DNA of 64,000 bases from positions 36,620 through 100,619 of the IMG/VR virus record IMGVR_UViG_3300044769_000068. One strand, given 5' to 3'. Below, in pieces: positions 44,850 to 55,156 of the stretch (position 1 is the first letter of the stretch; each line of letters begins with the position of its first letter). A program made the position numbers and the translations under genes. The notes under the pieces were generated by a model. The model saw only the letters and a program-made list of their open reading frames with translations, did not search any database and was not told the DNA's origin. Source of the DNA: a virus.

Positions 44850-46544
44850 ATGGATCGACAGGAAATTGACGAACTAGTGGCCAAATCTACTCCCGAGTGG
44901 GCTGCTAAGAAAGTTGGCAGTGCTATTGGTAAGTTTGCTAAAGAAAACGTTCATAGAGTCCCTAAGGAGCGGAAAAACTTAGAACAGCCGCCACATAAGC
45001 CAAAGGATCCCGTTATACGACGCATGGCTGAGAGAGCACAGAAGGTCGGAGAGCACATGAGGAGCCATTATAAAATGAAGCCCGGTGAATTTGAAAAATA
45101 TCAGGGAATTGCTGACGCTGAAGCGCGTCGAACTTCTAAGTCCATTGACGAACAAACTTCAGAATATTTTGCTAAGTGTCATTCGCATGTTCTTGACGGG
45201 ATGACTGAAGACGAACTAAAGAATAAGAAGAAAGAAGCGCCCAAGGCTGACGGCCACGTCTTTGGTAGCGATCCGAATGACAAGCGTGGCTCTGATATGG
45301 AAATGGTGAAAAAGAAAGAGCCTGATGCTTACAAGTCTCTTGATGAAAGAACAGCTGATCTTCACAAGGCTGTTACGGGCAATAAGAAAGTCAAAACTGG
45401 CGATGTTGATCAGCACGACGATCATGTTCGTTCTACGGAGTCGTCAAAGATTGAGGGTGGCAAAAGAGTAGGCCCAGGCACCGATAGATTTACTCATACG
45501 TCTCACGATCCAGAAAAGGGCGAAGTAAAGATTACAACGTCTAATTGGAATAAGAAAACTCAAAAGTATGAACATGGAGAAACTACTCATCCGACACACG
45601 TACGCATGGGCAGCGGAACCGAAGCTAATCAAGATTTGCCTAAGAAGTCCTTGATTGCTACAGTGGATGAATTGCTCGAAAAGTCAGGCGTACGTCAGGT
45701 TCATAGAGTTAAGGATCAAGGCGCAGCCAGTAAAGTAAAGAAGATTGATCCTAAGACTCTTTCACACGACCGCCAGCAACAGCTTCTTAGCGGTTCAGCT
45801 GCTAAAGTAAAGGCTTATCGTGAAGAGGGCTACGTTCCAGATAAGGACGACACGCCTGAGGTTAGAGAGCAGGACAGAGATCCTTCGAACAAGTCTCTAA
45901 CATCTACGCTTGATGATTTGCTCAAGTCGATGTACGATATAGTGCATCACAAGCGATTCAGCAAGATGGATCCTGATGCTGGGATAAACAAAAAGAAGGA
46001 AGAAGCTATGGAAAGAGGCCCTTCAGACAAGGGCGACTACAAGCCCGGCTCTAAGACTTTCAACAACCCGCAGGATTCTCAGGATCCTAAGATTCGTTAT
46101 AAGTCTCTTGATGATAGAACATGCGATTTAGTGAAGTCGATCGACACGCAGCGGGCTAAAGAAATCAGGGACGCTGCTTTGACCGTTAGACTTTCACGAG
46201 AAGGAATATCGAGTGCTGCTTCTAAGATGGATGTTAAGCCAGAGGATGTTCATCGTGTCGAAACAAAACTTACAGGACTTCACGCTGCTAGAGAATCTTC
46301 CCTCAAGTCAGTTTGCGATATGTGGATTGGCGAAACGTCGATGATAAAAGGCCATACGATTCTTCCGGGCAATGCTGTGGGAGATTTAGCAAAAGACGAA
46401 CGCAAGCCGGGTGGTAGAACTCCAACTCTTCAGCAAACGGACGAGAAACAGAGAGAAGTAGAAACAGGCAGTATTTATCGCAGACAAAAAGCCGAAAAGA
46501 GAGTTAATGCTCTGAAAGAGGAACAGGCTTTCGGTAGCAAATAG
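44850..46544 (+). CDS. Low-complexity charged protein with six KS...K[S/A/G/C] linker repeats; putative internal head polyprotein
   Basis: KSIDEQTSEYFAKC, KSLDERTADLHKA, KSLIATVDELLEKS, KSLTSTLDDLLKS, KSLDDRTCDLVKS, KSVCDMWIGETSMIKG; start 44850 or 44826. Confidence 0.6.
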   Translation: MDRQEIDELVAKSTPEWAAKKVGSAIGKFAKENVHRVPKERKNLEQPPHKPKDPVIRRMAERAQKVGEHMRSHYKMKPGEFEKYQGIADAEARRTSKSIDEQTSEYFAKCHSHVLDGMTEDELKNKKKEAPKADGHVFGSDPNDKRGSDMEMVKKKEPDAYKSLDERTADLHKAVTGNKKVKTGDVDQHDDHVRSTESSKIEGGKRVGPGTDRFTHTSHDPEKGEVKITTSNWNKKTQKYEHGETTHPTHVRMGSGTEANQDLPKKSLIATVDELLEKSGVRQVHRVKDQGAASKVKKIDPKTLSHDRQQQLLSGSAAKVKAYREEGYVPDKDDTPEVREQDRDPSNKSLTSTLDDLLKSMYDIVHHKRFSKMDPDAGINKKKEEAMERGPSDKGDYKPGSKTFNNPQDSQDPKIRYKSLDDRTCDLVKSIDTQRAKEIRDAALTVRLSREGISSAASKMDVKPEDVHRVETKLTGLHAARESSLKSVCDMWIGETSMIKGHTILPGNAVGDLAKDERKPGGRTPTLQQTDEKQREVETGSIYRRQKAEKRVNALKEEQAFGSK

Positions 46545-46596
46545 CGTATCAGCTTCGCCACAGCATCGTTCAGTACGATCTAAATGAGGGCAATGA

Positions 46597-47244
46597 ATGT
46601 TCCCGTTTAACGAATATAAGTTACTTAAGATCATAAGATCTGCCTTTGATGCTCTAAAAGAATCAGGCAGCTCTTTCGATAAGACTTTCCAGTATCTTTT
46701 CGATGAGATGGATTTGAGTCTTGAGGAACGACAAGCCTTTAAAGACACGATAATCAACAATAAAATTGCATATCATACGACGTATGCTAATTTGCCGGTG
46801 AATACGCCAATTATTACATGCGTTATGGATCAAGAAGTCAACATTGAAAGTGAAAAGCCTATTGGTTACGAAATGGGTGAAAACTCTGTAACTGATGCGG
46901 CGGGCAATGTGATCGCAACCGATGAATTGGGCTATATAGAGATGGGAGCCTATTCAGTAAACGTCATTGCTAAGCAGATATTACTTGTAAGGCTTTTGGG
47001 AGCTTTCGTAAAGTTTATTTTTGAGAAATACGCATCAGCCAACGACGATATAATTGACTTGGACGTCAACGTGGACAGGTTTTCTCCCGATGCTGACTAT
47101 TTCCCAACTGATTCGTTCCACATACACATAACTCTTCGTTTTAGGTATGTTGAGACTTGGGATGAACTTACGTCTCCAATTGCCCAGATCTTCATGATGT
47201 CCTGTGGCACAGATTTCTGGCAAAATATCATGGGCGAAAATTGA
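46597..47244 (+). CDS. Putative tail completion/terminator protein
   Basis: Directly upstream of the sheath gene; alternating helix/strand pattern. Confidence 0.55.
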   Translation: MFPFNEYKLLKIIRSAFDALKESGSSFDKTFQYLFDEMDLSLEERQAFKDTIINNKIAYHTTYANLPVNTPIITCVMDQEVNIESEKPIGYEMGENSVTDAAGNVIATDELGYIEMGAYSVNVIAKQILLVRLLGAFVKFIFEKYASANDDIIDLDVNVDRFSPDADYFPTDSFHIHITLRFRYVETWDELTSPIAQIFMMSCGTDFWQNIMGEN

Positions 47245-47260
47245 AAAACGCCATAGATTT

Positions 47261-47273
47261 GTTAATTTATAAA
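47261..47273 (+). promoter_or_regulatory. GTTAATTTATAAA, candidate late promoter for the sheath gene
   Basis: An identical 13-mer occurs at 49238-49250. Confidence 0.5.
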
Positions 47274-47311
47274 AATGACATAGGTTTTTCTCTACTCTAT
47301 GTGATAGGAGA

Positions 47312-49198
47312 ATGTTAATGGGCGTATATTTCAATGGTAGATACTACATCAAGCCTCAGGTGGCAACTTACGTAGATGATAGTGCGTTGACACCGATTGG
47401 ACTTGTAGGCTCTAATGTAATAGGAATGATGGGTCCGGCTAAAGACGGTATCCCAAATCAGGCTTATCTCTTAACGTCCCTTAATGACGCCACTGACATT
47501 TTCGGTGAAGGACCTCTTGTCGACGGTGTTGCTATGGCGTTCAATGGCGGTGCTCAGTATATTTGGGCAACTCGTGTTGGTGGAACATACGATGGTGCTA
47601 CTCGTCTATTCACGGGCGCTCCTTCGCAAGCATTCTTTGAAACAGCCGATGGTACAGGTATCCCATTCAAGCTCCTTTCGAACGCTTACGGCACACAGGC
47701 TAATGGAATTTCAGTTACAACACACGCAACGGGATCTTCTGCTTCTGTTCGTGGTGTCACAGTCTCGGTTTCTGCCCAGGGAAACACAATTATGGGTGAA
47801 GGAATCTTCTACGACACTCTTAAGATTGCTGCCGGTGCTGGTTCTCCTGCATCTACCTCTTTTACGGTTGCTTCAGGCATCTTGACTATTACTGATGGCA
47901 CAAATACTGGGCCAACCATTGCTTTAGCTGGTGTCGCTTCTACAACTGATTTGGTCGAAAGAATCAAGGCTGACATGCAGTTGGCTACTCCTGGTGCGAT
48001 CGACGATACAAAGTTCACATTTACTGTTCTCAAGGAAGTTCCAGGGACGCAACTTGATGACGGCGCTGTAAGCGTTGCTACAGGAAACACAGATACGCTA
48101 CGTGCAGACGTCAAGGCTGTGTTCGATTGGATTAACGCCGGAGTTCAGCCATATGTGTACGCCGAAGATTCTGATGACATCTTTACAAGTACAGCTGTAA
48201 AAGATCTAGACCTTTTACGAACAGCGAATACTCCAGGTACGATATTCACATTCAACATGGCAGATGGAACTCTAGCTACTATAGGATCGATTGACTCAAC
48301 AACCTATACTGGTGTCCTTGCTGAAATCTACGAAGATCTTGATATCGATCTAGTAGTGCCAATTGTTGATGATTATCTTGGAGTCACAAACTCTGATGAT
48401 GCCGCTGCAATCTTTTCTGCTACTCTAAGTCATTGCAAGGCAATGAGCACAATCAAGTCCGAAGAAAGAATCGGCCTTGTGGGTTATCAGTTTGAAGCAG
48501 GAGTTTTGCCAGCCGGCACGACTTCTATCTCTGACGGCGATGCTGACCTTCTTGTTACTGACTTGAAGGCCAATGCCGCTACATTCAATTCTCCATACAT
48601 GGTTGTTTGCACTCCAAGACTAAAGGCTTTCGATACAAAGGGAATTCTTAAGCTCTTCAACGGTACGTATACTGCGGCTTATGTTGCAGGTCTTATTGCT
48701 TCATTCCCAGTGGGTGAGCCAATTACTAACAAGGACATCACGGGCATTCAGGGGCTTTCAACTTACTTCAAGAACAGACAAATTCTCCAATTGATTGACA
48801 ACGGAGTTTGCACAATAGAACGTGTAGGCGCAGCGCTTAAGGTTGTACAAGGCGTGACGTCTTGGATCTCGGACGACAACTTCAACAAGAAAGAAATCTC
48901 TGTCCGATTGGTGACCAACTACATCGCCAAGAATTGCAGAGAAAATTTGAAGCAATTTATCGGTAGAAAGAACTCTCTACAGATGCTTCAGATCATTAAG
49001 GGATCATTGGTGCAGGTTCTTAGAGAACTTGAAAACAATGAGATCATCGTTGGTACGCCAACTTATCCCGCTTATAGAAATCTTTCTTTGTCCGCTGATG
49101 GCGACGTTGTTCGTGTGTCTTTTGAATGCTCGCCAGTGCTTCCAATCAACTACATCTTGATCACTATTCACGCTACCGTGTTTCGTGCACAAATTTAA
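47312..49198 (+). CDS. Tail sheath protein
   Basis: GVYFNGRY..P, G.AKDG.P, PITNK, KVVQGVTS, EISVRLVTNY, PVLPINYILIT. Confidence 0.94.
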   Translation: MLMGVYFNGRYYIKPQVATYVDDSALTPIGLVGSNVIGMMGPAKDGIPNQAYLLTSLNDATDIFGEGPLVDGVAMAFNGGAQYIWATRVGGTYDGATRLFTGAPSQAFFETADGTGIPFKLLSNAYGTQANGISVTTHATGSSASVRGVTVSVSAQGNTIMGEGIFYDTLKIAAGAGSPASTSFTVASGILTITDGTNTGPTIALAGVASTTDLVERIKADMQLATPGAIDDTKFTFTVLKEVPGTQLDDGAVSVATGNTDTLRADVKAVFDWINAGVQPYVYAEDSDDIFTSTAVKDLDLLRTANTPGTIFTFNMADGTLATIGSIDSTTYTGVLAEIYEDLDIDLVVPIVDDYLGVTNSDDAAAIFSATLSHCKAMSTIKSEERIGLVGYQFEAGVLPAGTTSISDGDADLLVTDLKANAATFNSPYMVVCTPRLKAFDTKGILKLFNGTYTAAYVAGLIASFPVGEPITNKDITGIQGLSTYFKNRQILQLIDNGVCTIERVGAALKVVQGVTSWISDDNFNKKEISVRLVTNYIAKNCRENLKQFIGRKNSLQMLQIIKGSLVQVLRELENNEIIVGTPTYPAYRNLSLSADGDVVRVSFECSPVLPINYILITIHATVFRAQI

Positions 49199-49225
49199 TG
49201 TTGCATGAATTTTAATTGATAAAAA

Positions 49226-49263
49226 CCTTGCTCTTTGGTTAATTTATAAACTAGAGGGCAAGG
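49226..49263 (+). promoter_or_regulatory. RBS-sequestering hairpin with a promoter-like motif in the loop
   Basis: ccttgctcttt (49226-49236) pairs with agagggcaagg (49253-49263): 11 bp including 2 G-U; ATG at 49266. Confidence 0.65.
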
Positions 49264-49265
49264 TT

Positions 49266-50006
49266 ATGAATAATTGTAAATGCGGTAAGTGGCTTCATCC
49301 AAATAATAAAAGCGGCTTTTGTTTTGATTGTATGACAAACTCTACGTGCATTGTTTGTGGTGTGGTTATTGGTAAGACGGCGTGGCATCATACTAAAAAA
49401 TGTCGTAAATGTGCTCTTCGAGCAGCTGCTAAATTAAAGATACTTCCAGATGAATTTTGTTTAACGTGTGGCGAAAAAATAAAAACGAGAAATAGAGCTA
49501 AAACGAGGCTTTGTGTTTCGTGTTCAAATAAAGCGCAAGGATTTAAAAAACGTGGAAAAAATTTTGTATCTGCAGATCGCAGATGTAAATGCGGCGAGAA
49601 AATAGCTAGTTCATTATTGCAAAATAAATCGGGGAAATGCATGACTTGTTCTTCTGGTCTCCGTCAAAAGAAATATCATAATGGTTATTTTTGGTCGCTT
49701 AAGAACAATAAAGAAATTTATTTTGGATCTTCTTACGAATTAGCTGCGCTTAAAAAATTCGAAAAAGACGATCATATAATAAAATTTGATAGATGTCCAT
49801 ATAAAATTCCTTATGTTTTTGAAAATAAAAAGAAAAGATATTTTCCCGACTTTTTATTAAATAATTTGGAAATCGTTGAAGTAAAAGCAGCATGGGAACT
49901 AACAACGGAACAGATCTTGGCTAAGTTAAGAGCTGCTGAGCAATTCGTAAAGGAAAATAATATGAAATTTACTATTTTGACCGAAAGTCAATTGGAGGGC
50001 CTATAA
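49266..50006 (+). mobile_element. Free-standing putative homing endonuclease: Cys-rich zinc-binding repeats plus TnsA-like PD-(D/E)xK domain
   Basis: Eight CxC/CxxC pairs; GSSYE, IPY, YFPDF, IVEVK; visibly more AT-rich than its neighbours; inserted between sheath and tube. Confidence 0.75.
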
Positions 50007-50007
50007 C

Positions 50008-50445
50008 ATGGCAAAAGTCTACAGCGGCAACACGATAATGGTTGTTATTAAGAACAAACCCGTCGGGCTTCTTCAAGACATGACTGCTGATGAAGATTTT
50101 GCTCCGGAAGCTGCCTCTGGAATCGGTGATCCTAGAGTAGTTGAATGGGTGCCTACAATGTATAGAGTTTCTCTGACTGTGGCATCGATGTCACTAAAGA
50201 AAGATTCTCTATTCAATGTCGGTGTCTTCCCAGAAGGCATAGACAAGTATTTGGCAACCGAACCTTTCACGGTCGTTGTCATCGACAAGGTCTCTAAGCA
50301 AACAATTCGTCAATATAACAACTGTATCTTTTCACGAGGAACAGTCTCAGTTAGAAAGCATACGATCGTATCTCACAACTGCACACTGCTCGCAACTGAA
50401 GCTGTGGCTGGAGATGCAGCTGGATTCACTGAAACTGTAGCATAA
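50008..50445 (+). CDS. Tail tube protein
   Basis: VYSGNTIMV.IKNKPVG, GIGD...E.VP; position after the sheath. Confidence 0.85.
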   Translation: MAKVYSGNTIMVVIKNKPVGLLQDMTADEDFAPEAASGIGDPRVVEWVPTMYRVSLTVASMSLKKDSLFNVGVFPEGIDKYLATEPFTVVVIDKVSKQTIRQYNNCIFSRGTVSVRKHTIVSHNCTLLATEAVAGDAAGFTETVA

Positions 50446-50463
50446 TAAATAAAGAGGTGTAAA

Positions 50464-50793
50464 ATGGCTCAGAAAATTTCGCAGTATTTTACGTACAAAA
50501 TTGGTGAAAAAGAATACAAGATAAGATATAAAACGCCCAAAGTGGGAGAGCAGATAGCGATAGGTCAGGCATATGCAGCATTGAAGGCTGGATTCCCGAC
50601 ACTGGATGAAGTTGCTGATGTTTTGGCCTACGCTACTGCTACTCTTAGTGTTGTTATTATAGATCGCCCCGCCGACCTCATTTTCGAAGACATAGATGCG
50701 TCTGACTGGAAAACTCTCCGTCAAATGCTGACTGATTATCAATCATTTGCCTTTTTTCGTGACAAGGCTCCAGCAGAATCTACTCCGTCGTGA
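50464..50793 (+). CDS. Tail assembly chaperone (G-like)
   Basis: Lies between tube and tape measure; GAGG RBS. Confidence 0.72.
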   Translation: MAQKISQYFTYKIGEKEYKIRYKTPKVGEQIAIGQAYAALKAGFPTLDEVADVLAYATATLSVVIIDRPADLIFEDIDASDWKTLRQMLTDYQSFAFFRDKAPAESTPS

Positions 50794-51178
50794 GCTGACG
50801 GCAGAATCACGCAAAGATCCTGATGTTGGTGATGACGTAGAAGATTTTGCAATTAAGAAACTTCGAAAACAAGCAAAAAGAGAAATACGCGAAACGCTGT
50901 CTCGATTAATATATCGAGCGAAGTATAACCTCCCTCCTAATGACCCTCGTTTTCTCGATCTTACGGACGAAGATATCGTCTACGATTTGGTTCTTCAGTC
51001 CGAGTTCCGTAAATGGTCCGACGATACGCAGGAAGAAGAAACTGAAGACAATAAGACTATCTACAGAAACACTGAGGAATTTGAAAGCATCGCTAAGAGG
51101 CTTGAAAGAGGTGAGGATATAGACTTAGAATCAATGATGACTCCTGACGAAAACTGGGAAAAGGTAGATGGCTCCTAA
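50747..51178 (+). CDS. Tail assembly chaperone second ORF (T-like), probably expressed by +1 frameshift
   Basis: Overlaps the upstream ORF in the +1 frame; no in-frame ATG until near the end; no RBS for the TTG. Confidence 0.62.
   Translation: MPFFVTRLQQNLLRRELTAESRKDPDVGDDVEDFAIKKLRKQAKREIRETLSRLIYRAKYNLPPNDPRFLDLTDEDIVYDLVLQSEFRKWSDDTQEEETEDNKTIYRNTEEFESIAKRLERGEDIDLESMMTPDENWEKVDGS
50752..50760 (+). promoter_or_regulatory. Candidate +1 ribosomal frameshift site TTT TTT CGT
   Basis: Zero-frame GCC TTT TTT CGT; a +1 slip gives TTC GTG in the downstream ORF. Confidence 0.55.
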
Positions 51179-52895
51179 CGCTGACATTCAAGGATTAAGT
51201 AATCTTTTTAGGCAGTTCATGACGTCGCAAAGATCCGCGGGAACTACTGGAGGGATACATCCGTTTGGCCCTCCAGCTGGTGGCGACACTAAAGGCGATC
51301 TTCCATCTGATTGGATGGATGAATTAAGAGACATTACAAAGGGTCACACTGACGGTTTCAAAAAAGTAACTGAAGATCACACCAAAGGCTTTAAGAGCGT
51401 CGCTGATGAATTTTGGTCTAGAGGCATTAAAGCTGAATCACTCACGGCTCTTCCACAAGCGCTCATCCGCGAAACTCTAAAATACTCATTCTTCCAAGGT
51501 TATCAGATTCAAGGTGGAACTGCTGGCGATTCTGCTAGAGGAAGCCTCGAAAGACTGAATTCTGCGGGCAACATAATGGCGATTGCTGCAGGCACGCTAT
51601 TGACTGTTGCTACTGTGGCGTCTGGCGGTACATTGGGTGGCGCTGCTGCTTTGGGTGGCGCACTAACAGGCGGCATGATGGGAACTGGTATCGCTACTAG
51701 AATTGCTGCTGCTAGTAGGACAGCAAAAGATGTCACTGTGGAAGCTGAAGTAATAAAACAATTTCAGCAGTCTAGAGAAAGCAAGGTCTTACAATACGAA
51801 CAGTCGTTGATGATGCATTTGATGGGTGCTAGAACAGGTTCATACGCGGCTAATCTTGGCGTCGGCGGTCCTGTTATGGACAAAGACATGATTAAGCGCA
51901 CTCTATTGAGCGAACAAGAATTTACCGCAGCTTGGGCAGACGCAGCTCGTGCTGGTGGTGCCAAGGGCATGGACATGCTGTCGAAAGATATGAAAGGCAA
52001 AGGCACTATTGCAAGAATGTGGGAGCAGGGCTTGACGGGTCCCGATTTTGCTCAGACGATGGTGATGGCTGCTACTTCTGCTAGATATGGAATGGGTGCT
52101 GATCGCTTTGAGGGAATGACAAGAAGGACGGGATTGCAACCTTCAGAGTGGCTTGGCGCTGCCATGGGAGCTCAAACAAGGTATCATATGTTCGGTGCGA
52201 ATGTAGGAGCCAATTTGGCGTATGGCGTTGGCGGCACTGAATTGGGTAGAATGAACATGGGTGCCGGTATGGGATTCTTAGCTCAAATGGGTCAGGGTTC
52301 TGCAGGCCAGCAAGACGAAGCTGTTTCTATGTTGCAATACCGAAACTTTTTAGAGGCTAATCCTGGGTCTTCTTACCTTGATTTCGTCGAGGCTAAGAGA
52401 AATGGAGAGGCTGATCCTAGATGGCGCAGAGCAATGGGTGCTATGGCAGGCTCTGGTGCGGGTGGCGGTTGGGCAGGTTTAGCGGCCGCTACTCAGATGG
52501 GCATTGCACCTGGACAAGTGGGTAGGGCAGGGCAATTCTTGGCTCAAATGGAAAGAGGCGGAAACGCTGCTAGTGGTCAAACAGGCGTTCCACAGAATCT
52601 GGCAGGAATGAGAGACACTGTAGGCGAATCATTATCGCAAGTGTACAACTTAAACGAAAAACAAATGCTACTTCTTTCTGATAATGTTAAAGTTCTTGAT
52701 AGCGTAAACGAAAAAACCAATGAAGCAATCGATAAAATGAAGACGTATAATGACACTGTAATTTTGGGCACTGACAATATAAACAATCTAAACAAAAGCT
52801 TCTTCCAAATGATAGATAGCTGGGCTGAAAGAATGTACAAAGAATCGGGTAAAGGACCTGGCGGAGACACATTTACATCCGACATTAGTGGATAA
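51168..52895 (+). CDS. Tape measure protein
   Basis: G/A/M-rich helical protein directly after the chaperones. Confidence 0.75.
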   Translation: MAPNADIQGLSNLFRQFMTSQRSAGTTGGIHPFGPPAGGDTKGDLPSDWMDELRDITKGHTDGFKKVTEDHTKGFKSVADEFWSRGIKAESLTALPQALIRETLKYSFFQGYQIQGGTAGDSARGSLERLNSAGNIMAIAAGTLLTVATVASGGTLGGAAALGGALTGGMMGTGIATRIAAASRTAKDVTVEAEVIKQFQQSRESKVLQYEQSLMMHLMGARTGSYAANLGVGGPVMDKDMIKRTLLSEQEFTAAWADAARAGGAKGMDMLSKDMKGKGTIARMWEQGLTGPDFAQTMVMAATSARYGMGADRFEGMTRRTGLQPSEWLGAAMGAQTRYHMFGANVGANLAYGVGGTELGRMNMGAGMGFLAQMGQGSAGQQDEAVSMLQYRNFLEANPGSSYLDFVEAKRNGEADPRWRRAMGAMAGSGAGGGWAGLAAATQMGIAPGQVGRAGQFLAQMERGGNAASGQTGVPQNLAGMRDTVGESLSQVYNLNEKQMLLLSDNVKVLDSVNEKTNEAIDKMKTYNDTVILGTDNINNLNKSFFQMIDSWAERMYKESGKGPGGDTFTSDISG

Positions 52896-55156
52896 TGCAA
52901 CAGATACTTAAATTCAAAATAGAGCTATTCGACGTAAGAATGAAAACATCCATCACGGTAGTCGATGACACTAATCTTGTAAGCAACATCCAGATAAATA
53001 AGGGCATCACACTAGACAACACTGCTACGATAACATTTGCTAAAAGCAAAACATACAACCTACTTGATATGGAGAAGAGCTTAAAGCTCTATAACTATGT
53101 TAAAATAGAGCTTGATTTGCAAACGTATGATCCGCAAGGTGGCAATAAGTTTTGGTTCTCTGGTTTCATACAAAGCATAAACAAGTCTGCCAATTTTGGC
53201 ATGAGTCCGAACGCTACAGTTTCTATCACTGTAACCGACTATGCTAATTTGATGAAGACGACTTTTTATACTAAAAACCTTACGTTCCTTGAAATATTGA
53301 ATCAGGCTGTTCCGGAGTTTAGATTAGTAAATCTGTCAAAAGAATTAGGCGCTGATAGTGAAAAGTTGCTGACCGATTTCTACTCGCCCACTCAGCTCGG
53401 GTTCATTTTCTTTCTGTTTTTGTATTTCAAGTTTATGTACAGAATTTTGTATGAAACTGACGGAAGCACTAAAAAGACTGCCGCGCCTGATAGTAGAGAA
53501 ATCTTTAAGAAATTCAAAGTGTACATGCCCTTTGGATTCGAAATAGCGGGAAACAAGTCTATGCTAAATGGACAGGAGCAGACGCTAACGTTATACAAAC
53601 AACTTCAAGGCGTCGCTCTTGATTTGTTCAAGTATATTTATCCCGAGCCTATTTTTGAGTTCAATACTTTTGAGACGTATGACACTGTGATTTTAATGAT
53701 TAGGTTGACGCCGTTTATGAAGTTTGACAGGCCCTACAATTCGCCAACTGAAATTAGTGTCGGAGAACAAGATGTAGGAATGTTAGATACGTGGGCTACT
53801 ACCAGCGCTTCATCCCGAGGGGCATCTTTTTACGCAGATTCATATAACGTCATAGAGCGCTATGATTTTGGCTTCAATAGAATAAAGTCGTGCCGTGAGG
53901 CTCAGGGCGTTTCTCCCGCTACTCTATTAAGAGAGCATTTAGAAGAAACAAAAGCTAAAAAGCCAAAGAGAATTATCACGACGATTCAAAAAGCTATTGG
54001 AAAATCTAAAAACATAAACGTTGACGACTTGATTGCTAACAATGATGAAGCGGACGAAATCACAGATCTGTTTTACAATGAGCAACCAATTGACGCTAGA
54101 TTTTTAGAATCTATGGCTATGACTAGATCGGCAAGTTCAGTTGTTAATGTGATCTGGACTGTCCCGACGACAGATACAGCTATACTTAAAATGTCTGGTA
54201 GAGAAATGGTCTACGCATTTCTAGAAGAAAAGCTCACTAAGCTAGGCGGAGAAGATAAATTCGGCAGCTATTTGCTACAGCAATTCAACGAAGGATTTAA
54301 TCCCAACCCTGTCTTTTTGATGGACTACAAAAGCAAGCTTAGCGCTGGCGAGAACTTTGTATCAGGCGACATGAACTACTTTGGGTTTAGAGAATTTGAA
54401 ATAAAATGGAATTATCTATCGCTTCTTTATAATTCTATGAGCTATATTCTCAACAATATAGATAAAAAGGTTTTAGCAGAGGCAAGAAAACTAAGCGCAA
54501 ACACAACGCAGCAGAGAATTTTAGATAATGCTATGAGGAGATTGGCGGATCCTACTACTAGGTCGACTGAGGTTAAGGCCAATGGTAAAGTTGTTGATCT
54601 TAGAAGAAAATGGGCAGAGAATACGGAGATAACAACAACAGGATCTGTAAGAACATATCAACAAACATCTAGAACGTCTAAAAAGCCCTCTAATGATAAA
54701 CAAAAGCAGATAAACGACGCTGTAAACCAGCAACTCTTTAAAGATGCGCTTGAAAGATACAGCGAAGAAGCGGGCTTGGGCAAGCTAAATAAAACAAATA
54801 TTCAAAACGCTAAGACAGTCGTTGCATTGCTTGATTACGCTAGAAAAGCAGACGATCAATTAATGACAGGATTTGTGAGCAAACTAAATGGTGTCGTTGC
54901 TGAAGCATATAGAGAAAACGAACACCTATACGATTGCACAATCTCGAAGCCGATTGATTTGTCCGTTCTTCCGGGAATGATTGTCAAGTCTTCAAGCGAA
55001 AGTTTTAAAGCATCTTCTCCATTCTTTAAAGGATATGTTACTGCTATATCCCATGCAATTAATTTTGGGACTGCTACTATGAAGACGTCTATTAACATAT
55101 CTAGAACAGCGTCCGATGATTCGGGCATTGTGGGCGCCCCTGTAGGTCCGGATTAA
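52895..55156 (+). CDS. Putative baseplate hub protein
   Basis: Follows the tape measure; C-terminal PGMIV....GYVTAISH pattern typical of hub proteins. Confidence 0.6.
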   Translation: MQQILKFKIELFDVRMKTSITVVDDTNLVSNIQINKGITLDNTATITFAKSKTYNLLDMEKSLKLYNYVKIELDLQTYDPQGGNKFWFSGFIQSINKSANFGMSPNATVSITVTDYANLMKTTFYTKNLTFLEILNQAVPEFRLVNLSKELGADSEKLLTDFYSPTQLGFIFFLFLYFKFMYRILYETDGSTKKTAAPDSREIFKKFKVYMPFGFEIAGNKSMLNGQEQTLTLYKQLQGVALDLFKYIYPEPIFEFNTFETYDTVILMIRLTPFMKFDRPYNSPTEISVGEQDVGMLDTWATTSASSRGASFYADSYNVIERYDFGFNRIKSCREAQGVSPATLLREHLEETKAKKPKRIITTIQKAIGKSKNINVDDLIANNDEADEITDLFYNEQPIDARFLESMAMTRSASSVVNVIWTVPTTDTAILKMSGREMVYAFLEEKLTKLGGEDKFGSYLLQQFNEGFNPNPVFLMDYKSKLSAGENFVSGDMNYFGFREFEIKWNYLSLLYNSMSYILNNIDKKVLAEARKLSANTTQQRILDNAMRRLADPTTRSTEVKANGKVVDLRRKWAENTEITTTGSVRTYQQTSRTSKKPSNDKQKQINDAVNQQLFKDALERYSEEAGLGKLNKTNIQNAKTVVALLDYARKADDQLMTGFVSKLNGVVAEAYRENEHLYDCTISKPIDLSVLPGMIVKSSSESFKASSPFFKGYVTAISHAINFGTATMKTSINISRTASDDSGIVGAPVGPD

